Positions 32,572-42,393 of a stretch of 64,000 nucleotides of DNA are shown here, piece after piece. The stretch is from positions 3,424,001 to 3,488,000 of the forward strand of contig OZ241907.1 of NCBI GenBank assembly GCA_965203515.1. The letters run 5' to 3'. The DNA comes from Spirochaetia bacterium. GTDB taxonomy: Bacteria > Spirochaetota > Spirochaetia > SZUA-6 > Bin103. Below the pieces are notes generated by a model, which was not told the DNA's origin, did not search any database, and worked only from the letters and a program-made list of their open reading frames with translations. The translations under genes were made by a program, and so were the position numbers. Each line of letters opens with the position of its first letter. Within the stretch, counting starts at the first letter, position 1.

Positions 32572-33794
32572 GAATGGGAGCTATCAAGCCGATTCGGACC
32601 GAGCAGGACTACCGGGCCGCGCTCGTTCGGATCGATCGGCTCATGGACGCGGAGCCCGGAAGCCCGGCAGGAGAAGACCTGGACGTCCTGGTCGATCTCG
32701 TCGAGCTGTACGAAAGCAAGCACGTGAAGATGGGCTATCCCGACCCGCTCGCCGCGATCGAGTTTCGCATGGAGCAGGGGGGCCTGAGTGCGCGCGATCT
32801 GGTCCCCTTCATCGGCAGCCGTGCCAAGGTGTCCGAAGTGCTCGCCGGCAAGCGAACGATCACCCTGCCGATGGCGCGCGCCCTCCACGAGCACCTGGGG
32901 ATTCCGGCGGACGTGTTGCTCCGGGCGCCGGCGGCGACGCGTAATGAGCCGTCAGCCGGCATGGAGTGGCGCCGGTTTCCCCTGCGGGAGATGGCCAGGC
33001 GGAAGTGGATTCCGGATGTCTCCGACTTGGCGCAGCGGGCGGAGGAGATCGTCAGTGACCTGATCGAGCGGGCGGGCGGCTGGCAGGTGGCCAGGCCGGC
33101 GATGTATCGCAGGAACGATCATCTACGCGCGAACGCCAAGATGGATCCCTATGCGCTCGATGCTTGGTGCTGGCACGTTCTGGCGACGGCGAACCGGAGC
33201 CGGCCGCAGGTGGAATACGAACCCGGTACCGTCACCCCGGACTTCCTCGGACAGGTCGCACGGTTGAGTGCCTCGGAGGGTGGAGCGCTGCGCGCCCGAG
33301 ACTTCCTGGCAGGGCACGGTATCCCGCTGGTCGTCGAGGCGCATCTGCCCAAGACGTACCTTGACGGGGCGGCGCTCCGGCTTGGCGACGGACGGCCTCT
33401 GATCGGGCTGACGCTTCGCTACGATCGGATCGACAATTTCTGGTTCTGTCTGTTGCATGAGCTGGCGCACGTCGGCCTCCACCTGGACAACGACGACGGC
33501 GCCCTCTTCGTGGACGATCAGACGCTCCGTACCCTGAGCGGAACCGGTGAGGACCGGCGGGAGACGCAGGCCGACGAGTGGGCGGCAGAGGCGCTCATCC
33601 CGCGCGAGGTCTGGGAAGCGTGTGAGGTTCGGGACGACCCGACGCCGATGGCGGTGATGAATCTGGCGCACGACCTGCACGTCCATCCCGCCGTCATAGC
33701 GGGCAGGGTCCGGCACGAGCGGCGGGACTTCCGGCTGCTGTCGCAATTTGTCGGTACCGGCAAGATCCGCCCGCAATTCGACAGGGCGAAGTGA
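32568..33794 (+). CDS. HigA-type HTH antitoxin fused to ImmA/IrrE (M78) metallopeptidase
   Basis: IKPIRTEQDYRAAL, PDPLAAIEFRMEQ, VSEVLAGKR, then LRYDRIDNFWFCLLHELAH (HExxH). Confidence 0.9.
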   Translation: MRMGAIKPIRTEQDYRAALVRIDRLMDAEPGSPAGEDLDVLVDLVELYESKHVKMGYPDPLAAIEFRMEQGGLSARDLVPFIGSRAKVSEVLAGKRTITLPMARALHEHLGIPADVLLRAPAATRNEPSAGMEWRRFPLREMARRKWIPDVSDLAQRAEEIVSDLIERAGGWQVARPAMYRRNDHLRANAKMDPYALDAWCWHVLATANRSRPQVEYEPGTVTPDFLGQVARLSASEGGALRARDFLAGHGIPLVVEAHLPKTYLDGAALRLGDGRPLIGLTLRYDRIDNFWFCLLHELAHVGLHLDNDDGALFVDDQTLRTLSGTGEDRRETQADEWAAEALIPREVWEACEVRDDPTPMAVMNLAHDLHVHPAVIAGRVRHERRDFRLLSQFVGTGKIRPQFDRAK

Positions 33795-33821
33795 GTCTGA
33801 GCGGCGCCGGCGGGCGGTGAA

Positions 33822-34586
33822 TCAGTCCATGCGCAGGCCGCCGTTGACGGCTATGGTGCTGCCGGTGACGTAGGAGGCCGCCTCCGAGGCCAGGAACAGC
33901 ACCGCGCCGGCGCAGTCGGCCGGCCGGCCGAGCCGCTTGGCGGCGGTGGTCAGGCGCAGCGCTTCCAGGCGCTCCGGCGTGTTGATGCGGTCGTGGAGCG
34001 CGGTGCGGATCACGCCGGGGGCGACGGTGTTGACCGTGACGCCGGCCGCGCCCAGCTCCTTGGCCAGGCTGCGGGTCATCGCCTCCAGCCCGCCCTTGGC
34101 GGCCACGTAGGCGGTGGCGCCGCCCCCGCCGCCGCTACGGGCGGAGATCGACGAGACGTTGATGATCCGCCCCCAGCCGCGCTCGCGCATCGCCGGGGCC
34201 AGCAGGCGGCAGGTCAGCATCGCCGCAGTCAGGTCGAGCGCCAGGGTGTCGCGCCAGACGGCGAGCGGCGCCTCCGGCAGCGGGCGCGGGTCGAGCAGGT
34301 CGCCGGCATTGTTGACCAGGATGTCGATCGGCCCGCCCAGCCGCGCGGCAGCCTCGCCGCAGAGGCGTTCGACCTGCCGCGCGTCGCTCAGATCGGCGGC
34401 GACCGCCGCCACCGGCGCCGCGCCGGCGCGCGCCGTCAACTCCCGCGCCGCTGAAGCGCTGGTACGGTAGCCGACCGCCACCGCGGCGCCGTTGTCGATG
34501 AACGCCTCGCTGATGGCGCGGCCGATGCCGGCGGCGCCGCCGGTCACCAGCGCGCGCCGGCCGCGCAGGTCGACGTGCAGGTCCAT
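33822..34586 (-). CDS. SDR family oxidoreductase
   Basis: TGGAAGIG, NNAG, YVAAK, VNTVAPG. Confidence 0.92.
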   Translation of the reverse strand: MDLHVDLRGRRALVTGGAAGIGRAISEAFIDNGAAVAVGYRTSASAARELTARAGAAPVAAVAADLSDARQVERLCGEAAARLGGPIDILVNNAGDLLDPRPLPEAPLAVWRDTLALDLTAAMLTCRLLAPAMRERGWGRIINVSSISARSGGGGGATAYVAAKGGLEAMTRSLAKELGAAGVTVNTVAPGVIRTALHDRINTPERLEALRLTTAAKRLGRPADCAGAVLFLASEAASYVTGSTIAVNGGLRMD

Positions 34587-34722
34587 CGCGTCCTCCTGCG
34601 CCTATCCATACCATGGGCCGCTCGGCATCCCGACGCAGCGCGACCGGAGCCGCCCGGACGGCCGGCGTTCGACCCGACGGCGACGGTCGCCGTACCGCCG
34701 CCGGACCCGTAGAATCGGGCGA

Positions 34723-36903
34723 ATGCCGGTGCGGGAGAAGATGCGCTCCACCGGGGAGCCGCGGCTGGAGCCGGTCTCGCTGACCGATCGGCAGCGACAG
34801 GTCGCCGATCCCCGGCTGCGCGGCAGCCTGTTCGTGGCCGGTCCGGCCGGTTCGGGCAAGACCACCGCCGCCGTGCAGCGCCTGCGCCGCCTGCTGGAGG
34901 CCGGGGTGCGCGCCGATTCGATCCTGGTGCTGCTGCCGCAACGGACGCTCGCACGGCCCTACCGCGAGGCGTTGCGCGACCGGGCGCTGGCGGCCGGGGC
35001 GGCCGGGAACGCGACCACCATCGGCGGGTTGGCCAAGCGGCTGGTGGAGCTGTTCTGGCCCCTGGTCGCCGAACGGGCCGGCTTCCACGATCCGCACCGC
35101 GAACCGGTCTTCCTGACCTCGGAGACCGCCCAGTACTACATGGCGCGCGTGCTGCGGCCGCTGCTGCGCGACGGCTGCTTCGCGTCGCTGTCGATCGACC
35201 GCAACCGCATCTACGGCCAGGTGCTCGACAACCTCGGCAAGGCGGCGGTGGTCGGCTTCGACTACCGCACGATCGGCGATCGGCTGCGCGCCGCCTGCGC
35301 CGTCGACGCCGACCAGGAGCGCGTCTATCGGGACGTGCAGACCTGCGTCACCCAGTTTCGGCGCCACTGCCTGCGCCACGGCTTGCTCGACTTTTCGCTG
35401 CAGATGGAGGTGTTCGCGCGCCACCTCATGCCGGTGCCGCCGGCGCGGCGCTACCTGATCCGGCTCTACCGCCACCTGATCGCCGACAACGTCGAGGAAG
35501 ACACGCCGGTGGCGCACGACCTGCTGCTCTCCTGGCTGGCCGACTTCGCCTCCGCCGTGGTGATCTACGACGACGACGCCGGCTACCGGCGTTTCCTGGG
35601 CGCCGGCGCCGATCCGGAGGACGGTCGGCGCTTCCGCGAAGCGTGCGATACCGCGGTGTCGATGGACCGCCTCCCGGAGTCGTCGCCGTCGCTGCCGGCG
35701 TTCGAGCGCCTGCTCGCATGGCACCTGGGGTCGCCGGCGCAACGCCGCGCGCGCCGCCCGCCGCGCGAGCGCTTCCCGGTGGGCGGCCAAGGCGTGCTGC
35801 GCTTCGCCCACCACCGCTTCTACCCGGACATGCTCGACTGGGTGGCGGCGCGGGTCGCGGCGCTGATCGGGGAGGGCGTCGCGCCGGGAGAGATCGTCGT
35901 GCTGGCCCCCTATCTGTCCGATTCGCTGCGCTTCGCGCTGCTCGATCGGCTCGACCACCACGGCGTGTCCGCGCGGTCGCACCGCCCGTCACGAGCGCTG
36001 CGGGAGGAGCCGGCGACGCGCTGCCTGCTGGTGCTGGCGGCCCTGGCGCATCCGGCGTGGCGGCTGCCGGTGAGGCCGGCCGAGCTGACCCATGCGCTGG
36101 TCGACGCGATCGACGGACTCGATCTGATCCGCAGCCGCGTGCTGGTCGGCGCCCTGTTCGATCCGGGGCAGCCGCCGGCGGGCGCGGCGCTGCGTCCGTT
36201 CGCGGACGCGCCGGCCGGGGTGCACGAACGCATCACCCATACCGCCGGCGGGCGCTACGAGGGGATGCGCGTCTGGATCGACGACTACCGCGCGGCGGCG
36301 GCCGCCGACCGGCTCGACCACTTCCTGCAGCGGCTGTTCGGCGAGCTGCTTTCGCAGCCCGGCTACGGCTTCCATCACGCTCGCGATCACGGCGCCGTGG
36401 CCGCGCAACTGGTCGAGTCGGTGCGCAAGTTCCGGTGGGTGACCGAGCGGGAGCTTGCCGCGGCCGGCGAGTCCCCGGACCGCGAGTACGCGGCCATGGT
36501 GGCCGACGGCGTGATCGCCGCGCAGTACGTCGGCGCCTGGGAGCTGGACGCGCACGACGCGGTGCTGCTGGCGCCGGCGTGGACGTTCCTGATGAGCAAC
36601 CGGCGGGTCGATCACCAGATCTGGATCGACGTCGCCGCGCGCGGCTGGTACGAACCGCTGCAGCAACCGTTGACGCAGCCGTACGTGCTGAGCCGCGGCT
36701 GGTCCGCGGGCCGGCGCTGGAGCCAGGAGGAGGCGGAGGAGGCGGCCCGCGATCGGCTGTACCGGCTGGCGGTCGGGCTGGTCCGCCGCTGCCGCACGGC
36801 GATCCACCTGGGCCTCTGCGACGTCAACGAACAGGGCGCCGAGCACCGCGGCCGGTTCCTGCGCGCCATCGACGCGGTGCTGCGCTCGGCGCAGGCCGCG
36901 TGA
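34723..36903 (+). CDS. degenerate UvrD/AddB-like helicase-fold protein
   Basis: GPAGSGKTT Walker A, aberrant Walker B LIADNVEED, EIVVLAPY; TAGAAT 7 nt upstream of ATG. Confidence 0.7.
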   Translation: MPVREKMRSTGEPRLEPVSLTDRQRQVADPRLRGSLFVAGPAGSGKTTAAVQRLRRLLEAGVRADSILVLLPQRTLARPYREALRDRALAAGAAGNATTIGGLAKRLVELFWPLVAERAGFHDPHREPVFLTSETAQYYMARVLRPLLRDGCFASLSIDRNRIYGQVLDNLGKAAVVGFDYRTIGDRLRAACAVDADQERVYRDVQTCVTQFRRHCLRHGLLDFSLQMEVFARHLMPVPPARRYLIRLYRHLIADNVEEDTPVAHDLLLSWLADFASAVVIYDDDAGYRRFLGAGADPEDGRRFREACDTAVSMDRLPESSPSLPAFERLLAWHLGSPAQRRARRPPRERFPVGGQGVLRFAHHRFYPDMLDWVAARVAALIGEGVAPGEIVVLAPYLSDSLRFALLDRLDHHGVSARSHRPSRALREEPATRCLLVLAALAHPAWRLPVRPAELTHALVDAIDGLDLIRSRVLVGALFDPGQPPAGAALRPFADAPAGVHERITHTAGGRYEGMRVWIDDYRAAAAADRLDHFLQRLFGELLSQPGYGFHHARDHGAVAAQLVESVRKFRWVTERELAAAGESPDREYAAMVADGVIAAQYVGAWELDAHDAVLLAPAWTFLMSNRRVDHQIWIDVAARGWYEPLQQPLTQPYVLSRGWSAGRRWSQEEAEEAARDRLYRLAVGLVRRCRTAIHLGLCDVNEQGAEHRGRFLRAIDAVLRSAQAA

Positions 36904-39206
36904 GCGCCGCAGCCCCGACCCGGGCGCCGGCACGGCGCGCGCCGGCGCGCGCCCCGCGGCCATTCACGCCGCGGCTCAGCCAGCGGCAGGTGCTGGCCTA
37001 CCGCGGCGGGCTGATGGGCATCGCGGCGGTGCCCGGCAGCGGCAAGACGGAGACGGTCTCCATGCTGGTCGACCGCATCCTGAATCTGCAGGTCCTGCAC
37101 GGCGATCAGGAGATACTGGTGGTGACGCTGGTCAACGCCGCCTGCGACAACCTGATCCGCCGCGTCGACGCGGCCACCGCGGCGCGCGCGCTGATGCCCG
37201 GCGTCGGCTACCGCGTACGCACGCTGCACGCCCTTGCCGGCGACATCGTACGCGAACGGCCGGAGGCGGCAGGGGTGACGGAGGCGTTCCGCATCGTCGA
37301 CGAGGAGCAGTGCGCCCGGATGCGGCGTCAGGTCGCCATCGCCTGGTTGCGCGGCAACCAGCACCGGTGCGAGTGGCTGCTCGATCCCGAGCTGCCGCCG
37401 GAGCGCCGCGCGTTCGTGCTGCGCGAGCGCATGCCGGAGCTGATCGACGAGCTGGCTGAAGCCTTCATCCGCTATGCCAAGGGCGAGCGGGTGCCGCCGG
37501 ACCGGCTCCGGCGGCTGCTCCGCGATCGCGGCGCCGCCGCCGGCGGCGATGGCGGCGATGGCGATGACGACGCCGGCCTGGTGGAGATCGGCGCCACTCT
37601 GTATGCCGATTACCAGCGCGCCCTGTCGTACCGCGGCGCGCTCGACTTCGACGATCTGATCTGGCGCGCGCTCGACCTGCTGGAAGCGGACCAGTCGCTG
37701 CTCGGCCGGCTCCGCGAGCGGTGGCCCTACATCCTGGAGGACGAGGCGCAGGACTCCAGCGCCGTGCAGGAGCGCATCCTCACCCTGCTGGCGGGCGAAC
37801 GGGGCAACTGGGTCCGCGTCGGCGACCCCAACCAGGCGATCTTCGAGACCTTCACCACCGCCAACCCCCGGTTCCTGCGCGCCTTCCTGCGCCGCACCGG
37901 CGTCGCCGCGCGGGAGCTTCCCGAATCCGGCCGCTCGGCGCCGCGCATCATCGCCGCGGCCAACCGGCTGATCGACTGGACGGCCGGCTGCCATCCGGTG
38001 GTCGAGGCGCGCGACGCGCTCGGCCCGCCGCACATCCGTCCGGCGCCGCCCGGCGATCCGCAACCCAACCCCGCCGACCGGCAGGCGACCGTCGCCTTCG
38101 TCGACAAACCGTTCCCGCCGGAGCGTGAAGCGGCGGCGGTCGCCGCTTCGCTGGCCCGCTTTCTGCGGGCCGACCCGGAGGCGACCGCGGCGGTCCTGAC
38201 GCCCAGCAACCACCGCGCGGACGATCTGGCGCAGGCGATCCGGGAGCGCGGGCTCCCCGTGGAGCGCCTGCTGGGCGGCGCCGGCAGCACGCAAGCGGTG
38301 GCGGAGGTAATCGCCGACGTGCTGGGCGCCCTGGCCGACCCCGACTCGGCCTACGCGCTGGCCGGCTGCTACCTGGCTTGGCGGCGCGCGGACCGGGACC
38401 GGCAGGAGACGGACGCCGCGCAGGCATGCGCGTTCCTGCTGCGCCGCTGCGCGGCGCCGGAGGACTATCTGTGGCCGCGGCTCGGCCGTGACTGGCTGGA
38501 CGGGCAGGAGATCGATGCGGCCGGGCGCGAGCGGCTCGCCCGGTTCGCCACCCTCGTGCGCCGCTGGCAGAAGGCGGCTGCGCTGCCGATCGACCAGATG
38601 GTGTTGACCATCTCGCAGGACCTGTTCGACGAGCCGGACGAGCTGGCGATCGCCTTCCGGCTGGCGGTCGGCCTGCGCCGGTCCGCGCGCCAGCATCCGC
38701 GTTGGGGCATTCGCGAGCTGATCGACGAGCTGCAGGCGATCGCCCGCAACCGGCGGCGGTTCGCGAGCTTCGCTCCCGATCAGGCCGGCTTCGACCCGGC
38801 GGCGCATCGGGGCGAGGTGGTGGTGGCGACCGTGCACAAGGCCAAGGGGCTGGAGTGGGACCGGGTCTACCTCACCTCCGTAAACGCCTATGACTATCCG
38901 GGCGACCCGGAGTCCGACCGCTTCATCGCGGAGAAGTGGTACCTGCGGGACCGCCTCAACGCCGCCGTGGAGGCGTGCGAGGAGGCGCGCTGCCTGCTCG
39001 CAGCCGCCCCGTACCGGCAGCGGGAGGCGACGCATGGCGCCCGCGTCGACTACATTCGGGAGCGCCTGCGGCTGCTGTTCGTCGGCATCACCCGCGCCCG
39101 GCGCGACCTGATCGTGACCTGGAACACCGGCCGGCAGGGCGACGTCCGCGCCGCCGCCGCGTTCAGCGCTCTGGCCGAGTGGGGGAAGAAGCATGGCGAC
39201 CGCTGA
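36900..39206 (+). CDS. ATP-dependent SF1A (UvrD/PcrA-like) helicase
   Basis: AVPGSGKT, ILEDEAQD, VGDPNQAIF, TVHKAKGLEWDRV, LFVGITRARR; GTGA overlap. Confidence 0.9.
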   Translation: MSAAAPTRAPARRAPARAPRPFTPRLSQRQVLAYRGGLMGIAAVPGSGKTETVSMLVDRILNLQVLHGDQEILVVTLVNAACDNLIRRVDAATAARALMPGVGYRVRTLHALAGDIVRERPEAAGVTEAFRIVDEEQCARMRRQVAIAWLRGNQHRCEWLLDPELPPERRAFVLRERMPELIDELAEAFIRYAKGERVPPDRLRRLLRDRGAAAGGDGGDGDDDAGLVEIGATLYADYQRALSYRGALDFDDLIWRALDLLEADQSLLGRLRERWPYILEDEAQDSSAVQERILTLLAGERGNWVRVGDPNQAIFETFTTANPRFLRAFLRRTGVAARELPESGRSAPRIIAAANRLIDWTAGCHPVVEARDALGPPHIRPAPPGDPQPNPADRQATVAFVDKPFPPEREAAAVAASLARFLRADPEATAAVLTPSNHRADDLAQAIRERGLPVERLLGGAGSTQAVAEVIADVLGALADPDSAYALAGCYLAWRRADRDRQETDAAQACAFLLRRCAAPEDYLWPRLGRDWLDGQEIDAAGRERLARFATLVRRWQKAAALPIDQMVLTISQDLFDEPDELAIAFRLAVGLRRSARQHPRWGIRELIDELQAIARNRRRFASFAPDQAGFDPAAHRGEVVVATVHKAKGLEWDRVYLTSVNAYDYPGDPESDRFIAEKWYLRDRLNAAVEACEEARCLLAAAPYRQREATHGARVDYIRERLRLLFVGITRARRDLIVTWNTGRQGDVRAAAAFSALAEWGKKHGDR

Positions 39207-40065
39207 CGACCTGACCCTGAGCCAGGCCAGCCTGCAGCACTACGTCGAGTGCCGCTACCGGTTCCGGCTCCGCTACCTGGACCGTCTGGCGTGGCCGTCG
39301 GTGGAGGCGGAGCCGGCCGGCCGCCACGAGCGCCGTCTCCGCGCCGGCGCGGAGTTCCACCGCATGGCGCATCAGTACCTGCTGGGCGTGCCGGCCGAAC
39401 GCCTGCGGGAGTTGGCCGAGCACCGTTCCGGCGCCGGCGACGAGTTGCCCGGCTGGTGGCGGGCGTTCGGCGAGGACCGGCCGGCCGACCTGCCGGGGGA
39501 GCGCTTTCCGGAGGTGACGCTGGCGGCGGAGGTGGCCGACTGGCGCCTGGAGGCCACCTACGACCTGATCGTCGTGCAGGAGGGGAGTCAGGCGGGGAAT
39601 CGGGCGGTGATCCTGGACTGGAAGACCGGCGAACGCCGGCCGAGCGATGAGGACGTCGCACGACGGATGCAGACGCGCGTGTACCCGTACCTGCTGGCGC
39701 GTGCGGGCGCCGTGCTGAACGGCGGGCAACCGCTGGCGCCCGACCGGATCGAGATGCGCTATTGGTTCGCGGCGCATCCGCATCGGCCGGCCGTGATCCG
39801 CTACGACCGCGACCGCTTCGATGCGGACGGCGAGTTGATCGCCGACCTGCTGCGGGAGATCTCCGCGTTGCCGCTCGACCGGTTCGACCGCACCGAGGAC
39901 CGGGAGCGATGCCGGCTCTGCACCTACCGGTCGCTCTGCGACCGCGGCGCGGCCGCCGGGCACGGCGACGTCGAAGATGACGCGGAGCCGGACTTCTCGC
40001 TGTCGGACGACGAGGATGACACGATCGGGCTCGACTTTGCCGAGGCCGACGAGGTCTCCTTCTGA
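39193..40065 (+). CDS. PD-(D/E)xK nuclease with four-Cys Fe-S staple (AddB/Cas4-like)
   Basis: SQASLQHYVEC, G.EFH, YDL, ILDWKTG, QTRVY, CRLCTYRSLC. Confidence 0.85.
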   Translation: MATADDLTLSQASLQHYVECRYRFRLRYLDRLAWPSVEAEPAGRHERRLRAGAEFHRMAHQYLLGVPAERLRELAEHRSGAGDELPGWWRAFGEDRPADLPGERFPEVTLAAEVADWRLEATYDLIVVQEGSQAGNRAVILDWKTGERRPSDEDVARRMQTRVYPYLLARAGAVLNGGQPLAPDRIEMRYWFAAHPHRPAVIRYDRDRFDADGELIADLLREISALPLDRFDRTEDRERCRLCTYRSLCDRGAAAGHGDVEDDAEPDFSLSDDEDDTIGLDFAEADEVSF

Positions 40066-42389
40066 TGGCGGCCGGCGTCGTGCGGCGGCGCTGGGAAGAG
40101 CCGGCCCCGGTCGACGTGCCGGCGGCGCTGCGGGATGCCGTGGGCGGTCCGCCGGTGCTGGCCGAGACCCTGGTCCGGCGCGGCTACGACTCGCCCGAGC
40201 GCGCCTGCGCGTTCCTGGACCCGCGCCGCTACCGGCCGGCGCCGGCCGCCGACCTGCCGGACATGGCGCGCGCCGCCGACCGGATCGAGCGGGCGCTCCG
40301 CGACCGGGAGCGGATCGGCGTGTGGGGCGACTTCGACGTCGACGGCCAGACCTCCACGACGGTGCTGGTGGAGACGCTGCGCCGCCTGGGAGCGGCCCCG
40401 GAGTTCCACATCCCGATCCGCGCCACCGAGTCGCACGGCGTTGGCGTGGAGGCGCTGCGCGGCTTCCTGGACACCGGCGTCACGTTGATGATCACGTGCG
40501 ATACCGGCGTCGACGCCGCCGCGTCGGTGCGCTACGCCGCCGGCCGGGGCGTGGACGTGATCATCACCGATCACCACGACCTGCCCGACGAGCTGCCGCC
40601 GGCGCTGGCGGTGATCAACCCCAAGCGGATCGAGCGCCCTCACCCGCAGCGGGCGTTGCCGGGCGTGGGGGTGGCGTTCCAGGTGGCGCGCGAGCTGCTC
40701 GGACGCGCCGGCCGCATCGAGGAGTCGCGCGATCTGCTCGACCTGGTGGCGCTGGGAGTGGTGGCCGACCTGGCCGAACAGGTCGACGACACCCGGTTCT
40801 GGCTGCAGGTCGGCCTGCTGGTGCTGCGGCGCACCAGGCGGGTCGGACTGCAGGTGATGATGGAGGTGGCCGGCCTGAACCGGGAGGCGTTGGGTGAGGA
40901 GCAGATCGGCTTCGCGCTGGGGCCGCGCCTCAACGCCATCGGCCGGCTCGGCGACGCCAACCCGATCGTCGAGCTGATGACGACCGACTCGCGGCAGGAG
41001 GCGCGCCGGCAGGTGCTGGAGCTGGAGCGGCTGAACGCTCGACGGCGCCTGTTGACCGATCAGGTGTATGACGCGGCCTGCGAACGGATCGAGGCGGAGC
41101 CGGGCCTGCTCGACGATCCCGGCCTGATCCTGACTCACCCGGACTGGCCGCCCGGCGTGATCGGCATCGTCGCCAGCCGGCTGGTCGAGCGCTTCCACCG
41201 TCCCACGCTGATGCTGGCGACGCCCGACGATGGACCGGTGCGCGGATCGGCCCGGTCGATCCCGGGCTGCAACGTCAACGCCGCGATCGCCGCGTGCCAG
41301 GAGCTGCTGGACGGCTTCGGAGGCCACCCCATGGCCGCCGGTCTGTCGCTGCAGCCGGAACGGCTCGATCCGTTCCGGCGGGCGCTGCAGGGCGCGCTGC
41401 GCGAGCAGATCGGCGATGATGGCCCGCCGGCGCCCCGCCTGCGGATCGACGGCGTGCTCGACCTGGGACGGACCGATCTGACCCTGGTGGACGGGCTGGC
41501 CCGGCTCGGTCCGTTCGGCTCGGGCAACCCGGCGCTCACGTTCGCCAGCCATGGCGTCACGATCAAGGGGGTCGCGGACGTGGGGCGTGACGGTGAGCAC
41601 CGCAAGCTGCTGGTCGCCGACCGCACCGGGGCGGCGCGTTCGGTGCTGTGGTGGCAGAGCGGCGGCGTCCTGCCGCCGGAAGGCCGCTTCGACTTGGCGT
41701 ACCGCCTCTCGGCGCATGACTTCCGCGGGAACCGATCCGTGCAATTGGAGTGGGTCGACGCCCGGCCGGCAGCGGCGACCACGGCGATCACGGCCGGGGC
41801 GCGGCCGCCGGCCGTGGTCGATCACCGCGCCGGCGACGACGCCGCCGGCGGGCCGGCCGCACTGGTGGACCGGCTGGACGAGCGTGCGGTGATCTGGGGA
41901 GAGGACGGCGTGGCGGAGCCGGCCTGCGGCCGCGACCGGATCGGCCCCGCGCAGACGCTGGTGGTGTGGACGACGCCGCCGGGACGGGACGAGCTGCAGC
42001 AGGTGCTGCGGCAGGCGCAGCCGCGCACGCTGCATCTGTTCGCGGTCAATCCGCAGACCGCGCCGGCGGATCGGTTCCTGCACCGTCTTGCCGGCCTGTG
42101 CAAGCACGCGCTGCGTCACCACCAAGGCCGGGCAGCGATCGGCCGGCTGGCCGCGGCCAGCGCCCATCGCGAGGCGACGGTGCGCGCCGGCCTGGCGTGG
42201 CTCGCTGCGCGCGGCGATCTTGCGGTGCGGGAGGAAGGCGGAACCGTATTCCTGGCCGACGGCGGTCCGGCCGATCCGGCCGCCGCCGACCGAGCCTCGG
42301 CGCGCGTCCGCGAGCTGCTCACCGAGACCGCCGCGTACCGCCGCTTCTTCGCCGCCGCCCCCCTCGACGCCCTGCTGCGAACCCTGTAG
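40065..42389 (+). CDS. recJ: single-stranded-DNA-specific exonuclease with C-terminal extension
   Basis: GDFDVDGQTS, TCDTG, ITDHH, GPRLNAIGRL, GSARS, GGHPMAAG, PFGSGN. Confidence 0.93.
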   Translation: MAAGVVRRRWEEPAPVDVPAALRDAVGGPPVLAETLVRRGYDSPERACAFLDPRRYRPAPAADLPDMARAADRIERALRDRERIGVWGDFDVDGQTSTTVLVETLRRLGAAPEFHIPIRATESHGVGVEALRGFLDTGVTLMITCDTGVDAAASVRYAAGRGVDVIITDHHDLPDELPPALAVINPKRIERPHPQRALPGVGVAFQVARELLGRAGRIEESRDLLDLVALGVVADLAEQVDDTRFWLQVGLLVLRRTRRVGLQVMMEVAGLNREALGEEQIGFALGPRLNAIGRLGDANPIVELMTTDSRQEARRQVLELERLNARRRLLTDQVYDAACERIEAEPGLLDDPGLILTHPDWPPGVIGIVASRLVERFHRPTLMLATPDDGPVRGSARSIPGCNVNAAIAACQELLDGFGGHPMAAGLSLQPERLDPFRRALQGALREQIGDDGPPAPRLRIDGVLDLGRTDLTLVDGLARLGPFGSGNPALTFASHGVTIKGVADVGRDGEHRKLLVADRTGAARSVLWWQSGGVLPPEGRFDLAYRLSAHDFRGNRSVQLEWVDARPAAATTAITAGARPPAVVDHRAGDDAAGGPAALVDRLDERAVIWGEDGVAEPACGRDRIGPAQTLVVWTTPPGRDELQQVLRQAQPRTLHLFAVNPQTAPADRFLHRLAGLCKHALRHHQGRAAIGRLAAASAHREATVRAGLAWLAARGDLAVREEGGTVFLADGGPADPAAADRASARVRELLTETAAYRRFFAAAPLDALLRTL

Positions 42390-42393
42390 CCCT

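Noticed and set aside
39193..40065. Cas4 / CRISPR adaptation gene
   Set aside because: Context is helicases and recJ; no cas1, cas2 or array.
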